Part shown: positions 9,162-17,241 of the stretch, in pieces
Layout: each line of letters begins with the position of its first letter
Position numbering within the stretch: position 1 is the stretch's first letter
Source of the DNA: Acaryochloris marina S15
GTDB lineage: Bacteria > Cyanobacteriota > Cyanobacteriia > Thermosynechococcales > Thermosynechococcaceae
DNA: 32,000 nucleotides
Direction of reading: 5' to 3'
Assembly (NCBI RefSeq): GCF_018336915.1
Contig: NZ_CP064923.1
Location: forward strand, 3,750,001-3,782,000
The notes under the pieces: model-generated
The model's database searches: none
What the model saw: the letters and a program-made list of their open reading frames with translations, nothing else
What the model was told of the DNA's origin: nothing
Position numbers and translations under genes: made by a program

Positions 9162-10913
9162 ATGTCAGAAAAGATACTTGGTGGACGGTACAAAATTCTG
9201 CAACCTCTTGGGAGTGGAGGGTTTGGTGAAACTTTCCTAGCTGAAGATACTCAATTTCCTGGCAATCCTCACTGCGTCGTCAAGAAACTGAAGCCTCAGC
9301 TAGAGAATCCCAGCATCTGGCCAGATGCTTGCCGCCTTTTTCAGCGAGAGGCAGAAAGCCTTTCCCAGCTAGGTAATCATGATCAAATTCCCAGGTTACT
9401 AGCCCATTTCGAAGAAGAAGAGCATTTCTTCCTCGTCCAAGAACTGATTAATGGGGCAGATCTAAGTCGAGAACTGGTGCCAGGTAAACAGTTTTCGGAA
9501 TACTACACGGTCACATTATTAGATGGAATTCTAGAAGTCCTCGAATTTGTCCACCAGCAGGGGGTCATTCACCGAGATATGAAGCCCTCCAACCTGATTC
9601 GTCGCCAGCCCGATGGCAAAATTATTCTGATTGATTTTGGAGCAGTTAAGGCCGTTGGTCTACAAACCACCATCGCCCATGGCAATACGGCTCAAACGAT
9701 CAGCATTTGTACCCCTGGATATACCCCCAATGAGCAATATTCAGGCCAACCCAAATTCAGTAGTGATGTCTTTGCTGTGGGTATGGTGGGTATTCAAGCC
9801 CTGACAGGTCAACTTCCCAATCAACTAGAAAAGGATCCGCAGACTGGAGAAGTGATTTGGCAAGATCAATCCACTGTCAGTCCTCACCTCGCCACCATCC
9901 TCAACAAGATGGTGCTCTATGACTTTCGGCATCGCTACCAAAATGCCACCGAAGCCAGAGCCGCTTTGCAGTACTTGCTAACCACGCAACCGATTTCACA
10001 ACCCATACTTTCTGTCTCTACACCAACTACCGCAATTTCAAGTGACCCCAATGTTGCACCGCTATCTAGTGCCCTGCCCTCTTCCCCCTCAATGTCGATG
10101 AAACCCAAGTTACCCATCCGCACTTTCTTCGCCGCACTGCTTTTAGGCTTATGCGGTGGCGCGGCAAGTGCCGTATATGTTGTATCTCGTTACTTTCCTA
10201 CCGCTTTTGCACCAACCGTAGCTTCTGCACCTTCTGAAACCTCGGAGACTTCTGTGCCAGATAAGACGGTGGTGGAAGGTGGACCGGGGGAAGGGTTTAC
10301 GCCTGAAGTATCTGGGAAAGGCGCTGCCGACACTGACGCTTCCCCTGAAACCATTACAGCGGCCAGCGCACCTGTAGTGGTGGATTACACGCCCCTAAAA
10401 GAGTCATTAGCTGCTGGGCAGTGGAAAAATGCGGATCAAATCACCCGCGACTTACTTCTCAGTGTTACTGGACGCGCAGGCAGCACTCTTCGTGTGGAAG
10501 ATTTAGAACAGATTCCTTGTAAAGACCTACGCACCATCAACCAATATTGGGAGCAATCGAGTCAAGGACGATTTGGATTTAAAGCTCAAACAAAAGTTTG
10601 GCAAAACTTGGTTGGGAAATTTACAGATAACACCAATGTTCAGCATAATAACTCAGACACTGCTCTAATTGAGTTTGTCAAACGAACGAAGTGGTTTTAT
10701 CCAAAATACGGTAGCATTTTGCCTTATAGATATGGAAATTTAGCCTTTGCCTTAAATTCTCCACTAGGACATTTACCCGCAAAAGTATTTTTACCATTCG
10801 AATCCCCCAACGACTCAACATCTTTGAAAGGTGCAGCAATTTTAATTCCAACGCTGGCTCAAAGAGTTTCTTTTTGTGAGCGTGAGACTGCACCAAATAA
10901 GTCTTCCACTTAG
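9162..10913 (+). CDS. Ser/Thr protein kinase - TM helix - GUN4-like domain fusion
   Basis: 583 aa. Kinase motifs are intact: GSGGFGETFLA (G-loop), VVKKL, HRDMKPSNL, IDFGAVK, TPGYTPNEQ. A single hydrophobic helix follows (IRTFFAALLLGLCGGAASAVYVVSRYF). The C-terminal ~170 aa carry the GUN4 signature region LEQIPCKDLRTINQYWEQSSQGRFGFKAQTKVW. Confidence 0.85.
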   Translation: MSEKILGGRYKILQPLGSGGFGETFLAEDTQFPGNPHCVVKKLKPQLENPSIWPDACRLFQREAESLSQLGNHDQIPRLLAHFEEEEHFFLVQELINGADLSRELVPGKQFSEYYTVTLLDGILEVLEFVHQQGVIHRDMKPSNLIRRQPDGKIILIDFGAVKAVGLQTTIAHGNTAQTISICTPGYTPNEQYSGQPKFSSDVFAVGMVGIQALTGQLPNQLEKDPQTGEVIWQDQSTVSPHLATILNKMVLYDFRHRYQNATEARAALQYLLTTQPISQPILSVSTPTTAISSDPNVAPLSSALPSSPSMSMKPKLPIRTFFAALLLGLCGGAASAVYVVSRYFPTAFAPTVASAPSETSETSVPDKTVVEGGPGEGFTPEVSGKGAADTDASPETITAASAPVVVDYTPLKESLAAGQWKNADQITRDLLLSVTGRAGSTLRVEDLEQIPCKDLRTINQYWEQSSQGRFGFKAQTKVWQNLVGKFTDNTNVQHNNSDTALIEFVKRTKWFYPKYGSILPYRYGNLAFALNSPLGHLPAKVFLPFESPNDSTSLKGAAILIPTLAQRVSFCERETAPNKSST

Positions 10914-10950
10914 TACATCAAGACCAGTGACAGTAGTGGAGATGGAGACT

Positions 10951-11340
10951 CTATGTCTCATCCAAATGCTCAGCAACGGCTTGATAAAGACTAAAAACAT
11001 GCTGATCTTGTAACTGATAAAACACATGCCTACCCTGCTTGCGATAACTCACTAACCGAATGGACTTGAGGGTTCGCAATTGATGAGACACCGCTGATTC
11101 GCTCATATCTACGGCTACGGCTAAGTCTTTAACACAGAGTTCTTTCTCAGCTAGCAAAGACAATATCCGTAATCGATTTGCATCGCCTAGCAGACTAAAA
11201 AACTCAGCCATTCGTTGTGCTTTAAGAGGATCTAAAAGCTGCCCCTGCAGTTGTTGGGTTTGCTGTGGCGGCAGGGTAAAGCTTGGATTACAGTCAGGCT
11301 CAGTAGTTAGTCCAGAGGAATGGTTGAGTGATTGGTCCAT
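10951..11340 (-). CDS. ArsR/SmtB family metalloregulator, SmtB/ZiaR-like (Zn sensor type)
   Basis: 129 aa. Near-colinear with my recollection of SmtB: [72 protein letters not shown]. The pattern D-x-H-x10-H-x2-E (the alpha5 metal site ligands) is present. Confidence 0.85.
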   Translation of the reverse strand: MDQSLNHSSGLTTEPDCNPSFTLPPQQTQQLQGQLLDPLKAQRMAEFFSLLGDANRLRILSLLAEKELCVKDLAVAVDMSESAVSHQLRTLKSIRLVSYRKQGRHVFYQLQDQHVFSLYQAVAEHLDET

Positions 11341-11558
11341 ACCAATATTGTAAATCTCTCGATCGGTGATGACCTAGCCAATAATCTTGCTCTGGTTGCT
11401 TGTGCATTATGGATCTCAAAGATACGATTATGGTGCAAGAAAACCCAATTTCATCGTGATCCCCTTATCCAGAATCATCCTCCAACTCAAGGATGTAACA
11501 GCTCGGGTATGGTTTTCACCCACCCACCCTTTACCTTCGTCAGACTTAACAGCCCTCT

Positions 11559-12029
11559 ATGGCTCAACAAGAAGATACCCAGCTAACAGGCCCCGGCATT
11601 GGATTGACATTCTTGTATTACTTCAGCATGACAGTAATCATTGTGATGTTTGTGGGATCTCGTTCTGAAGCCTTTACCTTTGCCTCTCCTGAACTGCGTC
11701 AGTACGGTACTCTAGCAGGTTTGATAGCTGGCATCATTGGCACTATCATCAACCGTAATGTGGCGATGGTCATTACCTTTCAAAATCGCACTCAATTTCA
11801 ATCTCGCCTCAACAAAAAGATGGCAGAAATCGGGTTTGAGCTAGAAGAACTTGAAGAAGAAACAGCTGATATCAATTCAAACCCTGAGTCAGAGGAAGAA
11901 TACTTGAGCTATTCTCGACCAGGCTTAGCTGGAAAGCTTGCAGGAGGGATATATGTAATCATGTTCGATCGTTCCGCCACTATTTCTAGTCGAGCCATCA
12001 ATATTCGACGTATTCGCAAGCTCCTATAA
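11559..12029 (+). CDS. Hypothetical small membrane protein with an acidic segment
   Basis: 156 aa with an ATG start. Two hydrophobic stretches (IGLTFLYYFSMTVIIVMFVG; GTLAGLIAGIIGTIIN) and an acidic run EELEEETADINSNPESEEE. It contains no Cys or His. Same strand as chlG, 91 bp upstream of it. Coding status rests on ORF length and context only. Confidence 0.5.
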   Translation: MAQQEDTQLTGPGIGLTFLYYFSMTVIIVMFVGSRSEAFTFASPELRQYGTLAGLIAGIIGTIINRNVAMVITFQNRTQFQSRLNKKMAEIGFELEELEEETADINSNPESEEEYLSYSRPGLAGKLAGGIYVIMFDRSATISSRAINIRRIRKLL

Positions 12030-12120
12030 AGCAGCTACTTAGGCGAAGATCCACGATCAAGCGGTACCATGATCAGTGTTTCTTCACCTCAAATTTGTAC
12101 TCCATCTTCTCTCGACTACT

Positions 12121-13173
12121 ATGGCTAATCCGGATCCATCCCAGGTACCTGCCTCTACTGATAATACCGAGGCCACAGCAACACCTTCAGAACCAGCAGC
12201 CGTAGAAACATCCGAAGCTACTGAACAAGGCAGTGCAGCTCGCCAACTATTAGGTATGAAAGGGGCTGATACGGGCGATACCAATATTTGGAAAATTCGC
12301 TTGCAGCTGATGAAACCCATTACCTGGGTCCCCCTTGTCTGGGGGGTAATTTGTGGAGCCGCTGCATCCGGTCATTTTACCTGGACCTTTGAGCATGTTT
12401 TGATGTCAGCTGTTTGCATGTTGATGTCTGGGCCATTGCTAACGGGATATACCCAAACCATCAATGACTTCTACGATCGCGATATTGATGCCATTAACGA
12501 ACCTTATCGCCCCATCCCCTCCGGAGCCATCTCTATTCCCCAAGTTGTAACCCAAATTATTGTCCTGCTAGCAGCGGGCATAGGTGTTGCTTATGGGCTC
12601 GACCGTTGGGCGGGCCATGAGTTTCCCACATTAACAGTACTCGCGATTTTTGGATCCTTTATTTCGTTTATCTACTCAGCTCCCCCCATCAAACTCAAAC
12701 AAAATGGCTGGACGGGCAATTTTGCCTTAGGAGCTAGCTACATAGCTTTGCCTTGGTGGGCAGGCCAAGCCTTATTTGGCACTCTCACTCCCAAAGTCAT
12801 GGTGTTAACGCTGGCTTATAGTCTGTCAGGATTAGGCATTGCTATTATCAACGACTTCAAAGCCGTAGAAGGTGATCGCGAATTAGGACTCAAATCTCTC
12901 CCAGTTGTCTTTGGAATTAAAAAAGCTGCCTGGATTTGTGTGCTGATGATCGATGTTTTCCAGATTGGCATGGCACTATTCTTAATCAGTATTCACGAGA
13001 ATCTATATGCCGTTATCCAATTTTTACTGGTCATTCCTCAAATTACCTTCCAAGATATGTACTTTCTGCGTGACCCCGTCAAAAATGACGTAAAATATCA
13101 GGCCAGCGCCCAGCCATTTCTGGTACTAGGTACGCTAGTAGCGGGTTTAGCCATAGGCCATGCGGGTTTGTAG
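12121..13173 (+). CDS. chlG: Chlorophyll synthase (UbiA prenyltransferase family)
   Basis: ARQLLGMKGADTGDTNIWKIRLQLMKPITWVPLVWGVICGAAASG and NDFYDRDIDAINEPYRPIPSGAIS match ChlG. I prefer ATG 12121 (MANPDPSQ...) over the track's GTG at 12076, whose extra 15 residues have no counterpart in ChlG as I recall it. Confidence 0.9.
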   Translation: MANPDPSQVPASTDNTEATATPSEPAAVETSEATEQGSAARQLLGMKGADTGDTNIWKIRLQLMKPITWVPLVWGVICGAAASGHFTWTFEHVLMSAVCMLMSGPLLTGYTQTINDFYDRDIDAINEPYRPIPSGAISIPQVVTQIIVLLAAGIGVAYGLDRWAGHEFPTLTVLAIFGSFISFIYSAPPIKLKQNGWTGNFALGASYIALPWWAGQALFGTLTPKVMVLTLAYSLSGLGIAIINDFKAVEGDRELGLKSLPVVFGIKKAAWICVLMIDVFQIGMALFLISIHENLYAVIQFLLVIPQITFQDMYFLRDPVKNDVKYQASAQPFLVLGTLVAGLAIGHAGL

Positions 13174-13268
13174 CTGAGCTAGTTGCTAAAAAAGCTAAAG
13201 TTCTGAAGATGGTGTAGGAACCTCAACCCCTTCCTTTTCTCAAGATTAATTGGTGGCTTGTCAAGCCT

Positions 13269-13308
13269 AAAAAAATAAGCTCTGGCACATCAAGTACCAG
13301 AGCTTATT
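13269..13308 (-). terminator. Rho-independent terminator of the 13324-16755 gene (may also act weakly on chlG)
   Basis: Perfect 12-bp inverted repeat AATAAGCTCTGG (13274-13285) / CCAGAGCTTATT (13297-13308) with an 11-nt loop. Read on the minus strand, the stem runs directly into a 7-nt T run (plus-strand A run 13269-13275), the first two Ts being the last two stem bases. It begins 15 nt after the stop codon. Confidence 0.65.
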
Positions 13309-13323
13309 GATGCAAGTGGTTGT

Positions 13324-16300
13324 TTACCAAAGTGCTCTCACAGGTGGGGGAGAGGGAGGATCATCCCGTGTGGGTGCTGCTGAGTCCTGTTGAGGAGTAG
13401 GCTGCTCGGGCGGATCAGGTAATGATTCCACAGGAGTTGGAGGTTGACTGCCCGGTTCTGAAACAGGTATTTCAGTTCCTGGATTAGGTGTTTCTACACC
13501 TGGAGGTACTGTGGGAGGCGTACCTGTAGTGGGGGGTGGTACCGAACCCGGAGAAGGTGTTCCTCCTGGGACTGAGCCTGGGCCGGGTGAGGGGCCTGGG
13601 ATAGGAATTGGTACAGGAAATGGAATCGGATTCGGACTAGAACTATCAGAAGGTGGTGTTTTTGGATCGGGTGTTGGGTCTGGCGTTAGCTCAGGAGTTA
13701 GCTCAGGTCCAGGATCGGGAGCTGGCTCTGGCCCAGGATCTGGTGTTGGGGCCGGCGCTAGCTCAGGAGTTGGCTCAGGTCCGGGATCAGGTGTTGAAAC
13801 CGGTCCTGGATCAGGCCCAGGATCTGGTGTTGGGTCTGGCGTTAGCTCAGGAATTAGAACAGGTCCGAGATTTGGTGTTGGATCTGGCGTTGGATCGGGT
13901 GTTGGGTCAGGTCCGGGGTCCGGCGTTGGGTCAGGATCTGGTGTTGGATCTGGCGTTGGATTAGGTCCAGGATCCGGTGTTGGGTCAGGATCTGGCGTTG
14001 GTTCAGGATCTGGCATTGGATCAGGTCCAGGATCCGGTGTTGGGTCGGGTTCAGGATCTGGTGTTGGAATAGGTTCTGGATCCGGTGTTGGATCTGGTCC
14101 AGGATCTGGCGTTGGGTCAGGTCCAGGATCTGGTGTTGGATCTGGCGTTGGGTCAGGATCTGGTGTTGGGTCGGGTCCGGGGTCCGGCGTTGGATCAGGT
14201 TCTGGATCCGGTGTTGGATCTGGGTCAGGTCCAGGATCTGGTGTTGGATCTGGCGTTGGGTCAGGATCTGGCGTTGGGTCAGGTCCGGGGTCCGGCGTTG
14301 GGTCAGGATCTGGTGTTGGATCTGGCGTTGGATTAGGTCCAGGATCCGGTGTTGGGTCAGGTTCTGGTGTTGGGTCAGGTCCAGGATCCGGTGTTGGGTC
14401 GGGTCCGGGGTCCGGCGTTGGATCAGGTTCTGGATCCGGTGTTGGATCAGGTTCTGGATCCGGTGTTGGATCTGGGTCAGGTCCAGGATCTGGTGTTGGA
14501 TCTGGCGTTGGGTCAGGATCTGGCGTTGGGTCGGGTTCAGGATCTGGTGTTGGAATAGGTTCTGGATCCGGTGTTGGATCTGGGTCAGGTCCAGGATCTG
14601 GCGTTGGGTCAGGATCTGGCGTTGGGTCAGGTCCAGGATCCGGTGTTGGGTCAGGTCCAGGATCCGGTGTTGGGTCGGGTCCGGGGTCCGGCGTTGGATC
14701 AGGTTCTGGATCCGGTGTTGGATCTGGCGTTGGGTCAGGTCCAGGATCCGGTGTTGGATCAGGTCCAGGATCCGGTGTTGGATCAGGTCCGGGCTCTGGC
14801 TTTTCTACAGTTGTATTTTCGGAAGCTTCATTGTCATCTGGATCAGGATCGTTCTCGTTCCCTTTGGCACTAGCAGAATTCGTTAAAGTGCCAGGAGAAT
14901 CAGCTTTGACCGTTACTTCAAGTACCGCACCCTCACCATTTGCCAAATCAATGGGATTACAAGTTATCGTGCCGCTTGTTTCAGTGCAACTTAAAAGACC
15001 GCTATTATCTTCAGCTGAGACAAACATCACACCTGCTGGCAACACGTCAGTTAAGATAACGCCAGTGGCTGGATCAGGACCGTTATTCGTAACTGAAATT
15101 TTGTAGGTAATAGTGTCTCCTACGGCAACCGGATCAGCGGCATCCTTTTTCTCAACCGTAAGATTGGCTTCGTTACTGACCGTTGTATCAATTTTAGTAT
15201 CGTTATTACTTTTGTCAGTTTCGACCAAGTCACTCAGGGGACTCTCTACAGAGGCTGAGTTAACAATTTCTCCTTCTTGGGTCGGAGACACCACAATTTC
15301 TAGTTTGACAACTTGATCTTTGGCAAGGTCACCTAGATTACATGTAACCGTTCCACTGGAATTCGAACAGTTACTAGGTAGCGTAACTACATTGACTCCA
15401 GCGGGAAGATTTTCAGTAACAGTAACTCCTTCAGCTGTGTCAGGGCCAAAATTAGTGACGGTCAGGGTATAGGTCAAATTCTCGCCGACACTGACCGGAT
15501 CAGCGGACTCCGCTTTGGTAATCCCTAAGTCATACTCCGTAATTTTGAGAGGAGTTGGGTCATAAAACTCTCCACTATCTGGGTAGTCTGAGAGTAAGGT
15601 TTTAGACCCATCTGGTCCCGGTGGGATTTGATCTCCTGCTAAAGATGCTTGGTTATAAACAACTGCAAATTCTGCATCTTCGGGAATTTGGACATCAACC
15701 GTAATTTGGCCTGTTTTATTTGCTGGAACGGTTAAACCTTTGATATTGAAGGTTTTATTGTCAGCTGAAAAATCGACCGTTCCCCCAAAGGGATTATTTA
15801 CAGATAGGGGTTGATAAACTCGCCCATCTGTTGCGGGCATACTATCCGAAAAATCTACCGTCAACGGAAACCCATTGGGATTCACCACATTGTAGGTATA
15901 GGTAACAATCCCTCCTGGTTTAACAGCACTAGGTGATACCGTTTTTTCTATTTTTGGAGCGCCTGTACAAGAAGCCCCATCATTTGCACTAACCTTAGGC
16001 GCACTACTCAGAAAGGTTGAAGCTCCAGTGCCAGACTGAACATCAAATCGATAAAATTCTCCTTTATTGTGATAACCAAATAAATTACCAAAGGCATCGA
16101 AATAAGTTCCACCGACTGCTGTACTCACAGACGTTTTCTGGGGCTGGAACGTAACGTTCCCTGTTGCCGGATCAATAACTGCAACTTGATCTTTACCGGC
16201 ATTTACGCCGTACAGTTTGCCATCTACAGGGTTGAAGGCAATATCAGCCACGCCTGGATTAGCTGACAGATTAATGGTTTTCAGGTACTGAGCATTGGCA

Positions 16301-16755
16301 CCAGAAACATCAATTAAATGGAGTTTGTTACCCCTCTGAATATAGTAGGTACCATCAGGGGCAACATCCCCTGAATAACTACTACTGGGTAAACCAGGGG
16401 GGATGCCCATAGAAGTAGCTACACCATTGGCATCAATACGATAGACTTCTCCCGTACTAGGGTGTATGCCATAGATAAAGCCATCTTGGACATTGAAGCC
16501 AATGGCATTGTATTTAATCCCTGGGCTCGTCCCACCAACAGGGATGAGCTGATAAGGCGTAGTACTGGTGTCAACGATAAAAAGTTGTGTCGGATCTTTC
16601 CCTGTTTTGCCTTGAGCTATGAAAAATTTGCCGTCGCAAACAAATGGCTGGCCTTTTTTATCCTGAGCAATTGCTAGATCGCCAAAGGCAAACAATGTCA
16701 ACAGAAAGGTGCTCAGCGGAACTTGTAAAGCCAGAAATCTCAACCAACGGGACAT
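13324..16755 (-). CDS. Large secreted protein: signal peptide, beta-propeller-like N-domain, DUF11-type repeat domains, long acidic Pro-rich repeat tail
   Basis: 1143 aa. ATG preceded by GGGGGAG. Signal peptide MSRWLRFLALQVPLSTFLLTLFAFGDLAIA|Q. Repeated YG/YR strand motifs (FIYGIHPSTGEVYRIDANG, KLYGVNAGKDQVAVIDPATG, NLFGYHNKGEFYRFD). At least two DUF11/TIGR01451-like units (DPVSVGENLTYTLTVTNFGPDTAEGVTVTENLPAGV; DPVAVGDTITYKISVTNNGPDPATGVILTDVLPAGV). These are followed by ~380 aa of PDPT/PDPG/PDPE repeats and a Pro-rich C-terminus. Confidence 0.85.
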   Translation of the reverse strand: MSRWLRFLALQVPLSTFLLTLFAFGDLAIAQDKKGQPFVCDGKFFIAQGKTGKDPTQLFIVDTSTTPYQLIPVGGTSPGIKYNAIGFNVQDGFIYGIHPSTGEVYRIDANGVATSMGIPPGLPSSSYSGDVAPDGTYYIQRGNKLHLIDVSGANAQYLKTINLSANPGVADIAFNPVDGKLYGVNAGKDQVAVIDPATGNVTFQPQKTSVSTAVGGTYFDAFGNLFGYHNKGEFYRFDVQSGTGASTFLSSAPKVSANDGASCTGAPKIEKTVSPSAVKPGGIVTYTYNVVNPNGFPLTVDFSDSMPATDGRVYQPLSVNNPFGGTVDFSADNKTFNIKGLTVPANKTGQITVDVQIPEDAEFAVVYNQASLAGDQIPPGPDGSKTLLSDYPDSGEFYDPTPLKITEYDLGITKAESADPVSVGENLTYTLTVTNFGPDTAEGVTVTENLPAGVNVVTLPSNCSNSSGTVTCNLGDLAKDQVVKLEIVVSPTQEGEIVNSASVESPLSDLVETDKSNNDTKIDTTVSNEANLTVEKKDAADPVAVGDTITYKISVTNNGPDPATGVILTDVLPAGVMFVSAEDNSGLLSCTETSGTITCNPIDLANGEGAVLEVTVKADSPGTLTNSASAKGNENDPDPDDNEASENTTVEKPEPGPDPTPDPGPDPTPDPGPDPTPDPTPDPEPDPTPDPGPDPTPDPGPDPTPDPGPDPTPDPDPTPDPGPDPDPTPDPEPIPTPDPEPDPTPDPDPTPDPTPDPGPDPDPTPDPEPDPTPDPEPDPTPDPGPDPTPDPGPDPTPEPDPTPDPGPNPTPDPTPDPDPTPDPGPDPTPDPDPTPDPTPDPGPDPDPTPDPEPDPTPDPGPDPTPDPDPTPDPTPDPGPDPTPDPGPDPTPDPEPIPTPDPEPDPTPDPGPDPMPDPEPTPDPDPTPDPGPNPTPDPTPDPDPTPDPGPDPTPDPTPDPTPNLGPVLIPELTPDPTPDPGPDPGPVSTPDPGPEPTPELAPAPTPDPGPEPAPDPGPELTPELTPDPTPDPKTPPSDSSSPNPIPFPVPIPIPGPSPGPGSVPGGTPSPGSVPPPTTGTPPTVPPGVETPNPGTEIPVSEPGSQPPTPVESLPDPPEQPTPQQDSAAPTRDDPPSPPPVRALW
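13664..14800 (-). repeat. In-frame 12-nt-unit tandem repeat array encoding (PDPT/PDPG/PDPE)n, with higher-order duplications
   Basis: Plus-strand units follow the pattern ggatc(t/c)gg(t/c)gttgg / gtcaggtccagg throughout. There are exact long-range copies: 89 nt at 13901-13989 equals 14273-14361 (offset 372 nt), and 59 nt at 14039-14097 equals 14525-14583 (offset 486 nt). Both offsets are multiples of 3. Confidence 0.9.
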
Positions 16756-17241
16756 ACTTGCTCCCCCAATACATTATTTGCTAGTTGTCTCTACCACTGG
16801 ATTCAAAAGGCTCAGTCTCATTTGCACTCGAACTAGGATTGAGAAATTAGAAAACTTTAACGTCAATCATAGATTTCATAGTTGGAAAGTATCATACATA
16901 TTGAGGAATTGATCTTAAATTGTTGATTGAGCAGAAATCTAGAAGTTCTCGATATAGAGAATCTATGGCGACAAATTCTTTCTGCTTTCTTAGCTAAGCT
17001 AGCGATATATCCTATACCTTTATAGAAGGCTGATAACACTTACTGGCTTAAATTTTATTTCTGTAAATATTTTAAACGAATATATCACGTTTGGGTTCCA
17101 AGATCTCTCGCAAAATATTAAAATATTGCGAAATGCTTTTGAATTTAGTAATTCTAGTTTTAGGGAAGAATATTAGCCTTAAAAGGCTTGCCTTTTGTTC
17201 ACCTATAGGTTGAAAAATTCTAAATCTCAAGAGAAATTAGG

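Noticed and set aside
11341-11558. A possible small metallothionein (smtA-like) ORF or a canonical SmtB 12-2-12 operator divergent from the SmtB-like gene.
   Set aside because: The ORFs readable in this region (for example [14 protein letters not shown]...) are not Cys-rich. No TGAACA/TATTCA-type dyad is present. Only an 8-bp CAATATTG palindrome lies at the regulator's own start codon, which is too weak to call.
12076-12120. N-terminal extensions implied by the track's alternative starts: GTG 12076 for chlG, TTG 23267 for psbZ, TTG 24946 for the ProA-like gene, TTG 19234 and 20408 for the permeases, and GTG 7050 for the GT2.
   Set aside because: In each case an in-frame ATG a few codons downstream gives an N-terminus that matches the family better (for example the 62-aa PsbZ) or has a better SD spacing. 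The longer forms cannot be excluded without N-terminal or TSS data.
13664-14800. Regular short-period repetition that might superficially suggest a CRISPR array or satellite.
   Set aside because: The unit is 12 nt with no unique spacers. The array is in-frame coding sequence within a long ORF, and no cas genes or leader are present.
13511-15106. A 531-aa plus-strand ORF encoding a silk-like (GSGV/GPGS)n protein, together with nested plus-strand ORFs at 13653-13964, 14085-14336, 14349-14558 and 14571-14873.
   Set aside because: These are antisense or alternate-frame shadows of the 12-nt repeat, which contains no stop codons in several frames. The minus-strand frame is the one continuous with a Shine-Dalgarno site, a signal peptide, folded DUF11-type domains and a terminator.
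17175-17189. The hairpin-like AGCCTTAAAAGGCTT as a terminator for the ABC-transporter operon.
   Set aside because: The stem is only 4-6 bp with a 2-6 nt loop, and there is no proper T tract on the minus strand. This is too weak to annotate.
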